Source: Candidatus Levyibacteriota bacterium (GTDB lineage: Bacteria; Patescibacteriota; Microgenomatia; Levybacterales; UBA12049). Taken from it: a stretch of 64,000 bases of DNA. Position 1 is the first letter of the stretch. The number at the start of each line of letters is the position of its first letter. Positions 26,305 to 34,026 of the stretch are shown piece after piece. The notes beneath the pieces are model-generated. The model saw only the letters and a list, made by a program, of their open reading frames with translations. It did no database searches and was not told the DNA's origin. The stretch is taken from NCBI GenBank assembly GCA_016182235.1, contig JACOXT010000005.1, positions 677-64,676 of the forward strand, given 5' to 3'. The position numbers and the translations under genes were made by a program.

Positions 26305-26777
26305 GGGTTATTAACAGTGAAAGACCAATTTGTAGTTCCTCCCGTGCAGAGAGCATCATTTGAAGGATCTTTTTGAGAGTCATTAACATTTTCTAAACAT
26401 GAGACTATGCTGTATGTAGCGCCTCCTCCTCCCACTGCATAAGTATATACATAATCACCTGTATTTAATGGGTCGCATGGAATTTCCCGCATGTAGATTA
26501 CTGCTCCTGCGCTATCGGTGAAAGGGTTAGTGGGATCATCGCAAGTATTTGGAAAATCGCCTGGATCACCACCAACCACAACTGGATATAAGCCACTATC
26601 TGATCTGTAAAATTCCAGAGCCGAACGAATTTGACCAAGGTCAGATTTACGCACTCCGTCTCTGGTTCTTTGCCTTACTCCAACAAAATTAGCCGTAAGA
26701 AGCCCAGCCAAAAGCCCGATGATGATAATTGCCACCAAAAGCTCAATCAAAGTAAATCCTCTGGATTTACGAATCAT
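26301..26777 (-). CDS. GspG/PulG-like pseudopilin / type IV pilin-like protein
   Basis: MIRKSRGFTLIELLVAIIIIGLLAG from ATG 26777 gives a canonical short leader; track ORF extends to 26846 through heptad repeats. Confidence 0.8.
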   Translation of the reverse strand: MIRKSRGFTLIELLVAIIIIGLLAGLLTANFVGVRQRTRDGVRKSDLGQIRSALEFYRSDSGLYPVVVGGDPGDFPNTCDDPTNPFTDSAGAVIYMREIPCDPLNTGDYVYTYAVGGGGATYSIVSCLENVNDSQKDPSNDALCTGGTTNWSFTVNNP

Positions 26778-26798
26778 GAATAACGAATCATGAATTAT
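26771..26798. repeat. 7-nt period array (gaatcat/gaataac/gaatcat/gaattat)
   Basis: gaat at 26771, 26778, 26785, 26792. Confidence 0.65.
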
Positions 26799-26819
26799 GG
26801 TTATTAGGTTCTTTTTTTT

Positions 26820-26851
26820 ATTCATAATTCTTAATTCCTGATTCATAATTC
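26820..26851. repeat. 7-nt period array (attcNNN x4-5) between two pilin genes
   Basis: attc at 26820, 26827, 26834, 26841, 26848. Confidence 0.65.
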
Positions 26852-26855
26852 AATA

Positions 26856-27335
26856 CTATGGAGAGACATTCGGACTCGTAACTCCATAATTGCAATCTCC
26901 ACCACAATTTAAAGTCCCAGCATTTGGACATACGCCACCGCATGATTGGGGATCATCTGCTCTCTCCAAACTAGCATAAAGACGATATGACTGTTCACCA
27001 GATGAGGAATCATATACATATGTATTTGTGGGGGATGAAGGATCTTCGGGTAGTTTGCTCATATAAGGTGTCCAAGGATCTCCCCAGTCAACCTCAGAAC
27101 CTGACAAATCAGTAATTTTGGAGTTTGTGGCTGACGGGTATCGGCCGATATCATTATAAAAAACTTCAAGCGCCCTTTGTATTTGCTCAAGATCGGATTT
27201 TCTTCTTGCGTCATTGGCTTTTTGGATTTGCGTAAGAGGATTCAATACTATCATAACAGCGGATACAAGCGCTCCAACAATACCTATAACTATCAATAAT
27301 TCTATTAAGGTAAACCCACGTTCAAGCAAATGCAA
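26856..27335 (-). CDS. type IV pilin-like protein
   Basis: LERGFTLIELLIVIGIVGALV; track ORF (to 27503) overlaps pilD by 145 nt; in-frame TTG 27335 would give MHLLERG-FTLIE and removes the overlap. Confidence 0.75.
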   Translation of the reverse strand: MHLLERGFTLIELLIVIGIVGALVSAVMIVLNPLTQIQKANDARRKSDLEQIQRALEVFYNDIGRYPSATNSKITDLSGSEVDWGDPWTPYMSKLPEDPSSPTNTYVYDSSSGEQSYRLYASLERADDPQSCGGVCPNAGTLNCGGDCNYGVTSPNVSP

Positions 27336-27358
27336 TATCTCTGGCCACTTTTGAGTCT

Positions 27359-28149
27359 TTATATAGGAAATAGGAATCCCAGCATTATCTGCATGATTTG
27401 CTCTCCTAAAAATATAGTTAATAATGTCCCAAAAACTAAAAAGGGACCAAAAGGAATTTTTGTTCCGTGAAGTCTTTTTCTCTTCCATATAATTAGTATG
27501 CACCCGACAATGGCTCCTGTCAAGAACGATATGTACAAGGCAACAGCTATCTTTGGGAATCCCAAAACCAGCCCTAGAAGAAATGACAACTTCACATCGC
27601 CAAACCCCATCCCGCGACCTTTGGTTATCAGAAATAAGAACAAGAAGAAAAGAAAAGCCCCACCCCCGGAAAGCAAATGATTTAAGATTAAAGAATAATG
27701 ATTAAAGAATAGATATGGAAAAGAAACGAAGATCGAGGGAGCTACGATCGCGTCGGGAATTATCCCGTATTTCAAATCAGTAAAAAAAACCACAATTAAT
27801 GACGAGATAATAATAAAATAGTAAACCAAAGTAATATAATCCAAAATTCTTAATTCCTGATTCATGATTCTTGCTCCGAGAAAAACAAATACTAACACGA
27901 ACAAGATTCCCGTTGTTAACTCAACTACCGGATAATACAGAGATAGGGGAGTATGGCAATAGCGGCATTTGCCTCTTAGGATCAAGAACGAAAATAAAGG
28001 AATAAGATCATACCATGCTAAATCTTTCTTGCATTTATCGCAGTGAGATCTTCCTCCAAATACTCCTTCGCCTCTTGGCAATCTGTCAACCAACACATTC
28101 AAAAAACTCCCAATTGCAGTTCCAACTAAAAAGATAAAAATAATCTCCA
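27359..28149 (-). CDS. pilD: prepilin peptidase / N-methyltransferase PilD
   Basis: GSFLNVLVDRLP, Cys-rich CDKCKKDL..CRYC, FTDLKYGIIPD, GMGFGDVKL (two catalytic Asp boxes); track ORF reaches 28243 and overlaps the RAYT gene and a REP; GTG 28149 is a plausible start. Confidence 0.85.
27679..27712. repeat. 7-nt period array read in frame inside pilD
   Basis: gatt/gaat at 27679, 27686, 27693, 27700, 27707; encodes ..NHYSLILNHLL.. Confidence 0.55.
27846..27873. repeat. 7-nt period array (attcNNN x4) read in frame inside pilD
   Basis: attc at 27846, 27853, 27860, 27867; encodes ..RIMNQELRIL.., nearly the same DNA as 26820-26851. Confidence 0.6.
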
Positions 28150-28187
28150 CATACTTAGAATACCATATTTCCTTACGAGTGATTTGA

Positions 28188-28200
28188 CAAGGTCCGACCT
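28188..28200. repeat. REP palindrome aaggtcCgacctt (copy 1, immediately upstream of the RAYT start)
   Basis: perfect 6+1+6 palindrome. Confidence 0.8.
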
Positions 28201-28871
28201 TGCTCTGTAATATATATCCTATGCCTGCCATAAATTCTGTCAAAATTTACGTTGAAAATGGCTATTATCACATTTACAATCGGGGAATTGATAAACGAGA
28301 AATTTTTATAGACCACAAGGATTATATGGTTTTGCTTAGTCTTTTGAAGCGATATCTTGTGCCTTGGGAAAATAGCAAGGTCCGACCTCGTTATAGGATA
28401 GATCTTCATGAAAAAATTCAGCTAATCTCATATTGTCTCATGCCCAACCATTTTCATCTTATGATGAAACAATTCACGAAAGACGCGATTACAGAATTTA
28501 TGCGAGCTTTAACCAATAGCTACGTACTATACTTTAACTCACGGTATGAACGAATTGGACCTCTTTTTCAAGGAAGATATAAGGCCGTTCTTATCGAAAA
28601 GGAGTCATACTTTCTTCATCTTACTCGCTATATTCACACAAATCCGCTGGATCTTGGCTTTACAAGGTCGGACCTTGCAAAGTATAGGTATTCGAGTTAC
28701 GGGGAATTTATTGGAGAAAGAAAGACAGAATGGATTCACTTTGGGGAAATATTAGATTATTTTAAAAGCAAACAAAAAATGAGCGAGCAAGATATACTTT
28801 CGTATCAAAGTTTCGTAGAAGACTCGATAGGGGATTCAAAAGAAATTCTTGAAACACTAAGTATTGATTGA
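28200..28871 (+). CDS. REP-associated tyrosine transposase (RAYT; IS200/IS605 TnpA-like Y1 HUH transposase)
   Basis: YHIYNRG, LMPNHFHLMM (HUH), LFQGRYK, LTRYIHTNPL (catalytic Tyr region), YRYSSYGEF; single gene, no tnpB partner; flanked by REPs. Confidence 0.85.
   Translation: MLCNIYPMPAINSVKIYVENGYYHIYNRGIDKREIFIDHKDYMVLLSLLKRYLVPWENSKVRPRYRIDLHEKIQLISYCLMPNHFHLMMKQFTKDAITEFMRALTNSYVLYFNSRYERIGPLFQGRYKAVLIEKESYFLHLTRYIHTNPLDLGFTRSDLAKYRYSSYGEFIGERKTEWIHFGEILDYFKSKQKMSEQDILSYQSFVEDSIGDSKEILETLSID
28377..28389. repeat. REP copy 2 (aaggtccgacctc, one mismatch) inside the RAYT ORF
   Basis: encodes ..SKVRPRY.. Confidence 0.7.
28663..28677. repeat. REP copy 3 (caaggtcGgaccttg) inside the RAYT ORF
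   Basis: perfect 15-nt palindrome; encodes ..TRSDLAK.. Confidence 0.8.
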
Positions 28872-28876
28872 TTGTC

Positions 28877-28949
28877 CTGCAAGGTCGGACCTTGTATATG
28901 AGAGAATACAGCTTTCCTCTTGAAAACCCTAATTAGGCCCCTAATAAAT
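28877..28949. repeat. 73-bp REP-containing module, copy A
   Basis: ctgcaaggtcggaccttgtatatgagagaatacagctttcctcttgaaaaccctaattaggcccctaataaat; includes REP copy 4 (28880-28894), hairpins tgtat..ataca and attag-gccc-ctaat. Confidence 0.8.
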
Positions 28950-29017
28950 CCATTACTTATTTATTGTACCATTATTTATAAGAGTCAGACTCCTTAGAAT
29001 TGTTTCTATTTCAAGCG

Positions 29018-29089
29018 CTGCAAGGTCGGACCTTGTATATGAGAGAATACAGCTTTCCTCTTGGAAGCCTAATTAGGCCCCTAATAAAT
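29018..29089. repeat. 72-bp REP-containing module, copy B
   Basis: same as 28877-28949 except cttggaagcc versus cttgaaaaccc; includes REP copy 5 (29021-29035). Confidence 0.8.
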
Positions 29090-29231
29090 TCAAGAAAAAA
29101 ACAGGAGTCAACATGTCAAAAATTTAAATCAGCAGGTATCTAGGCTATTTCACCTTTCAGGTGGCAAAGACACAAATAAACAAACAACATTTGAGCCGAT
29201 TATAGAAACTTATTCTTAGAGGATATTAAAC

Positions 29232-29777
29232 CTACTGGACAGCATTACAAGCGACAGCAAAACCTGGATCTGCTGCAGTACACACTAAACATGTTGTGCC
29301 CCTGTTCGCAACCCATTGAAAGAACGGAATATTACCTGCTGAACATTTAGCAATCTCTGCTTGTGACTCCAATCTCACATATACTTGACCATTAGTACCA
29401 GGAGCAGCACCTGCGCGATTATAACAGTAACCATTTTCTACCGCCCCACCCGTACCAGCACAGAATCCAGCCGTCATTGTAGGATTAGCAGGAACAGTTT
29501 GGATCTCACCCGCGGCGATCAATTCAGTTGTAATCCAAGTACCAGCATCATTCGGATAAGCCGATTGCCTGGTTGTAAGATAAGCTTGCACAGCCCTTGC
29601 TAACTGTCCCACACTGTTTTTTCTTCCCGCGTCTCTTGCTCTTGCCAACTGCTGAACTGGATCAATTAGCACTAATACTCCTGCTGCGAGTACTCCCAAA
29701 ATTGCGATTACGATAAGAAGTTCTATTAATGTGAAGCCCTTTCTGGAAGATAATTTTCTAAATAAATTCGTTTTCAT
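29232..29777 (-). CDS. pilA: type IV major pilin
   Basis: MKTNLFRKLSSRKGFTLIELLIVIAILGVLAAGV; Cys-containing C-terminal region; adjacent to pilC; visibly more G+C-rich than surrounding genes. Confidence 0.85.
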   Translation of the reverse strand: MKTNLFRKLSSRKGFTLIELLIVIAILGVLAAGVLVLIDPVQQLARARDAGRKNSVGQLARAVQAYLTTRQSAYPNDAGTWITTELIAAGEIQTVPANPTMTAGFCAGTGGAVENGYCYNRAGAAPGTNGQVYVRLESQAEIAKCSAGNIPFFQWVANRGTTCLVCTAADPGFAVACNAVQ

Positions 29778-29847
29778 TTTTTGAGTACTTATCTATTTAG
29801 ACATATTTTTTTTTACTTGTCAAGGGGGCAAAATGAAGCTGACTTTG

Positions 29848-31056
29848 CTATTGGATAGTATTTGTGAGTTGATAAATCGGCATTATGATAGAGAATACCA
29901 GAAACGCGACTCCAATACCCAAAGCTACCATAATGGCCGGTTCAAGGGCTGTTGTTAGTATTTTTACTGACTGGTCAACTTCGTTCTCGAAGTACTCCGA
30001 AGCCCTAACGAGTGTTTCATCGAGTTTCCCTGTTTGCTCTCCTATTTTGACGAGTTCCACAAGATTTTGCGGGAAAAGATTATAGATAGACATCGCATCC
30101 CCCATTGTTATGCCTTTTTCTATTCTCTTGGCGACATCCAAAACCGCATTTCTATAAAGAACATTTCCTGTGGCGTCCGATGCTTCTTTCAAAGATTCTA
30201 TAACAAGAGTGCCGGATCCCAGCATTGCCCCTAACGTTCTTGAAAATTCTGAAAGAATTGAGTTTTTTATAATTTTGCCAAAAATCGGCATTTTTAATAA
30301 GATGCCATCTATTACAATTTTGCCTTCCAATGTCCTATGCCAGCGCGTAAATAAATAAATGGAGATAATAATAATTCCCAAAACAATTGGCCAAAACATG
30401 ATAGTCCAATTTGAAAGAGTTATTAGTATTAGAGTAGGAAGAGGAAGTTCAACATTTAAGTTTTCATAAAGGCTCGAGAGCTGAGGAATTACAAAAATCA
30501 TCATAATAAAAGTTACAGCAATCATCATAGTAACAACTATAACAGGGTAGGCGAGTGCTGCCTTTATAGTCCCCTTAAGTTTCTGCTGTTTTTCCAGTGT
30601 ATCGGCAAGTCTGAGGAGCGCTTTGTCTAAAAGCCCCGAACTTTCTGATGCTCTTATTAGCGACACGTAGACTGGGGAGAAAATCTGCGGATACTTGGAT
30701 AAAGCCATAGAAAGACTCTTGCCTTCCTCAATGTCCGCTGTCATACTTTCTAAAACTTCTTTTAGAGCGTCGTTATTTACTTGATTTTTAATAATCTCCA
30801 AAGATCTGATAAGTGTAATCCCGGATGTAAGCATGGACGACAAATGCCTCGTAAATGCCACAATGTCTTTTGATTTAACGCGGCTTGAAAATATAGGAAT
30901 AAAATCCGATAATTTAGTTCCTTCTTGCCTTGATATTGTAATCGGAATAAAATCCTTGCTTCGAAGATATCCCGCCGCTTCTTTTTCGTCCCGCGCTTCA
31001 ATTAGTCCGTTTAGGAATTTGCCATCTCTGGTTACTGCCTTGTAATAAAGCGTCAT
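29848..31056 (-). CDS. pilC: type IV pilus platform protein PilC
   Basis: two GspF-type repeats, three TM regions, MTLYYKAVTRDGKFLNGLIEA N-terminus typical of PilC; track ORF (to 31110) extends into a palindromic element, ATG 31056 preferred. Confidence 0.9.
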   Translation of the reverse strand: MTLYYKAVTRDGKFLNGLIEARDEKEAAGYLRSKDFIPITISRQEGTKLSDFIPIFSSRVKSKDIVAFTRHLSSMLTSGITLIRSLEIIKNQVNNDALKEVLESMTADIEEGKSLSMALSKYPQIFSPVYVSLIRASESSGLLDKALLRLADTLEKQQKLKGTIKAALAYPVIVVTMMIAVTFIMMIFVIPQLSSLYENLNVELPLPTLILITLSNWTIMFWPIVLGIIIISIYLFTRWHRTLEGKIVIDGILLKMPIFGKIIKNSILSEFSRTLGAMLGSGTLVIESLKEASDATGNVLYRNAVLDVAKRIEKGITMGDAMSIYNLFPQNLVELVKIGEQTGKLDETLVRASEYFENEVDQSVKILTTALEPAIMVALGIGVAFLVFSIIMPIYQLTNTIQ

Positions 31057-31075
31057 AAGTAATATTGCACATACC

Positions 31076-31147
31076 GTCATTCTGGCTTGCCCAGAATCTC
31101 TCAGTGTCATGGGGATTCTGGATGCGCCTTCGGCTTACCAGAATGAC
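31076..31147. repeat. 72-bp nested palindromic element between pilT and pilC
   Basis: four mutually complementary arms: gtcattctgg 31076-85, ccagaatc 31091-98, gattctgg 31114-21, ccagaatgac 31138-47. Confidence 0.7.
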
Positions 31148-31165
31148 GAGAAAATCATAGTAGTT

Positions 31166-32233
31166 TTATTTAACCAATCTCAGAAAATCTTCCTGATGCA
31201 AAGAATAACTTTTTCCAACTTCCAAAGATATACTTCCGGACAATACTAGAGCCGATAATGAAGAATCCAGAGTAATCATTCCTTTGTCTTTGGATGTCTG
31301 TATAACCGAGTCTATAAGGTGTGTTTTTCCCTCCCTTACTATACTTGCCACAGCAGGCGTGCCAAGAAGAACCTCAACTGCCGGAACTCTTCCTCCATTT
31401 ATCATTGGCAGCAAACGCTGACTAACTATTCCTTTAAGAGTGGCCGCCAGCTGAATTTTTATCTGGGACTGCTGACTGGCTGGAAAACTATCTATTATTC
31501 TATCTATACTCTGAGAGGCCGAGTTCGTATGAAGACTTGAAAATACCAGATGACCTGTTTCAGCGATAGTAATAACAGTTGCCATTGTTTCAGGGTCCCT
31601 CATTTCTCCTACCAAAACCACATCCGGATCCTCCCTTAAAGCGGATCTTAGAGCAAAGTCCCAGGAATGAGTATCTTGATTCATTTCTCTTTGGGAGATT
31701 ATGCTTTTCCCGTTTGGATACACATATTCTATAGGGTCTTCTATAGTTAAAATATGAACCGCTCTATTAAGATTGATTTCGTTAATTATTGAGGCAATAG
31801 TTGTTGATTTTCCATGACCCGTCGGGCCTGTAACCAAGATTAGTCCTTGCTTCAACTCCGAGAAAGAGTGGAGAATGTTGGGCATATGGAGGTCTTCTAT
31901 TGTTAGAATAGACGGGGGGAACAAACGAAACGCGCCGGATATATATCTCCTTTGATAATATAAATTAGCTCGGAACCTTCCCAAATTGCCATATGCTCCT
32001 CCGCCAAAACCAAAGGAAAAATCCAATTCCTTATTGGCAAGTAGAAGCTCCTTTTGAGATGGGGTTAAAAGCGAAAAAACCATTATCTCAATGCTCTGAG
32101 GAGTCAGCGGAGCATGACCCGCCACATATTCAAGTGCGCCATCTACCCTGATGGTTGGAGGGATTCCAGCCAAAAGATGTAGGTCCGACGCGCCTCTTTT
32201 AATTGTTACCTTCAAAAGTTCCTGTATTTCCAT
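31166..32233 (-). CDS. pilT: twitching-motility retraction ATPase PilT
   Basis: GASDLHL, GPTGHGKSTT (Walker A), ILTIEDPIEY, VVLVGEMRD, GHLVFSSLHT. Confidence 0.92.
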   Translation of the reverse strand: MEIQELLKVTIKRGASDLHLLAGIPPTIRVDGALEYVAGHAPLTPQSIEIMVFSLLTPSQKELLLANKELDFSFGFGGGAYGNLGRFRANLYYQRRYISGAFRLFPPSILTIEDLHMPNILHSFSELKQGLILVTGPTGHGKSTTIASIINEINLNRAVHILTIEDPIEYVYPNGKSIISQREMNQDTHSWDFALRSALREDPDVVLVGEMRDPETMATVITIAETGHLVFSSLHTNSASQSIDRIIDSFPASQQSQIKIQLAATLKGIVSQRLLPMINGGRVPAVEVLLGTPAVASIVREGKTHLIDSVIQTSKDKGMITLDSSLSALVLSGSISLEVGKSYSLHQEDFLRLVK

Positions 32234-32251
32234 AATCGCTCCCTTCGGTCG

Positions 32252-33997
32252 CTATTCCTGCGCGACTCTTAATACCTCCTCAACAGTTGTAATTCCTTTC
32301 AAAACCTTTAGATAGCCGTCTTGCTTCATTGTAATCATACCTTCCAAAACTCCCTCCTTCTCTATAGTACCACTATCCGCACTCTGAAGTATAAGATTTG
32401 AAATTTTTTGTGTAACAGGAAGGGTTTCAAAAATTCCAACTCTGCCTATATATCCGGATAATGCGCACTTATCACAACCTTTACCTTTATAGAACTTGAC
32501 CTCACTTTTTGATGTTGGAAAAAGCGGTCCTAATACTCTTTTCATCTCTTCGACAATCTGAGGTAAAGGTGTCTGCTCTTGCAAACAATTCTTACAAATC
32601 TTACGAGCTATTCTTTGCCCTACTATCGCATTCACTGTTGAGGCAAGCAAAAAATTCTCAGCGTCCAAATCCAAAAGACGGGGAAGCGCATTTGACGCGT
32701 TTGAAGTATGGAGGGTTGAAAAAACCAAATGCCCTGTTAGCGCCGCCTGAAGGGCAAGATCTGTCGTTTCCTTGTCTCTTATTTCTCCAACCAGAATTAT
32801 ATTTGGGTCTTGACGAAGAAATGCCCTAAGCCCCGTGGCGAAGGTCAAGCCGACTCCCGGATTTATCGCGACCTGATTAATGCCTGGTATTTCGTATTCA
32901 ACAGGATCTTCAAGCGACATGATGTTGACGCGCGTAGTATTAAGTTTGGTCAAAATTGAATAGAGAGTAGTTGTCTTACCGCTTCCTGTTGGTCCGCAGA
33001 CAATAATAATTCCATGCGGCCTTAATATCGCGGTCTCCAGGCTTCGAAGGCTAGTACCATTAAGCCCCAATTCTCCAAGGCTCGGCACTCCTCCTGACTT
33101 TCGAAGCAGTCTCATAACTATTTTCTCACCATGGGTAGTGAGAAGCACTGATATACGAAGATCAACTTCTTGCTTTTCCACCGTGAAATTAAATCTGCCG
33201 TCTTGGGGAATTCGATGCTCATCAATTTTCATTTCTGAAAGAATTTTTATTCTGGAGATCACTCCTTCCTGAACATTTTTAGGCAAACTCAGTCTGTCAT
33301 ACAAAATTCCATCAATTCTAAATCTGACTCTTACCCTATCTTCCTGAGGCTCTATGTGAACATCTGAAGCACGGCTGGACACTGCGTACTCCAAAATAGT
33401 CGACACGATATTCGCGATAGGAGCTTCTTTAATAATGTCTTTTATCTCCTTGCTGTCAATCGTCCGAGTCTTAGTAAGCTCCTCCGTCTCTTTCAAAGCT
33501 TTGCCGACTTCTCCGACTATTTCCTGACGGTATTGCTGCTCAATAGCTTTAGTTACGTCTTCCTTGGATACGGCAAAAGATTTTATCGCAAGACCAGTTT
33601 TTTGGGCGACGAACTGAAGCGCTTCTAGATCGGAAGGTTCGCTCATCGCGATTGAGAGAGTTTTTGTCTTTTCATCATACATAAATGGAATTAACGAAAA
33701 TCTCTCAGCGACTGCTCGAGAAATAAGACTTAAGGCCTGCGGGGCAAAAGAAGTTGCCTCAAGGGAGATAAAAGGCACCCCAATAATTTTTGCCTTGACT
33801 TCGGCAAGCTTTTTCGCTGGAACCAAATTTAAGTTTTTTATAACAGTCTCCTGCGATACTCCCTGGCTTGCGCTTTTCACTTTTATCTCGTCGTACTGTT
33901 CTTTCGTTACTAAATTCGAAGAAAACAAAATGTCCAAAAGCGTTTTTTTCTCTCCAAGAGTCGGCGGATTCAAATCTGAGTTAGGCATTACTTTCAT
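32252..33997 (-). CDS. pilB: type IV pilus assembly ATPase PilB (GspE family)
   Basis: N-terminal GSPII_E_N region, ASDVHIEP, GPTGSGKTTTLYS, NIILVGEIRD, GHLVFSTLHT, CxxC..CxxC (CKNC, CDKC). Confidence 0.92.
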   Translation of the reverse strand: MKVMPNSDLNPPTLGEKKTLLDILFSSNLVTKEQYDEIKVKSASQGVSQETVIKNLNLVPAKKLAEVKAKIIGVPFISLEATSFAPQALSLISRAVAERFSLIPFMYDEKTKTLSIAMSEPSDLEALQFVAQKTGLAIKSFAVSKEDVTKAIEQQYRQEIVGEVGKALKETEELTKTRTIDSKEIKDIIKEAPIANIVSTILEYAVSSRASDVHIEPQEDRVRVRFRIDGILYDRLSLPKNVQEGVISRIKILSEMKIDEHRIPQDGRFNFTVEKQEVDLRISVLLTTHGEKIVMRLLRKSGGVPSLGELGLNGTSLRSLETAILRPHGIIIVCGPTGSGKTTTLYSILTKLNTTRVNIMSLEDPVEYEIPGINQVAINPGVGLTFATGLRAFLRQDPNIILVGEIRDKETTDLALQAALTGHLVFSTLHTSNASNALPRLLDLDAENFLLASTVNAIVGQRIARKICKNCLQEQTPLPQIVEEMKRVLGPLFPTSKSEVKFYKGKGCDKCALSGYIGRVGIFETLPVTQKISNLILQSADSGTIEKEGVLEGMITMKQDGYLKVLKGITTVEEVLRVAQE

Positions 33998-34014
33998 AAT
34001 AGGTAAAACTCCGA

Positions 34015-34020
34015 TATAAT
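34015..34020 (+). promoter_or_regulatory. -10 box TATAAT 6 nt before the holB ATG
   Basis: tataat 34015-34020, ATG 34027. Confidence 0.45.
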
Positions 34021-34026
34021 GTCAAC

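Larger units (their letters stand above)
28188..29089. mobile_element. RAYT locus: Y1 transposase gene with flanking and internal REP palindromes and two REP-containing 72-73 bp modules
   Basis: five copies of aaggtc(c/g)gacctt within 850 bp; the upstream copy has central c, the downstream copies central g (inverted orientation). Confidence 0.7.

Noticed and set aside
27359-27503. 145-nt overlap between pilD and the downstream pilin-like ORF, and 44-nt overlap between pilD and the RAYT gene
   Set aside because: These are best explained by over-extended ORF calls. Alternative in-frame starts (TTG 27335, GTG 28149) remove both overlaps and give canonical N-termini.
28877-29089. Two 72-73 bp direct repeats considered as a mini CRISPR array
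   Set aside because: There are only two copies, the repeat is too long and is internally a REP plus hairpins, there are no cas genes, and it is adjacent to a RAYT. A REP-derived module is the better explanation.
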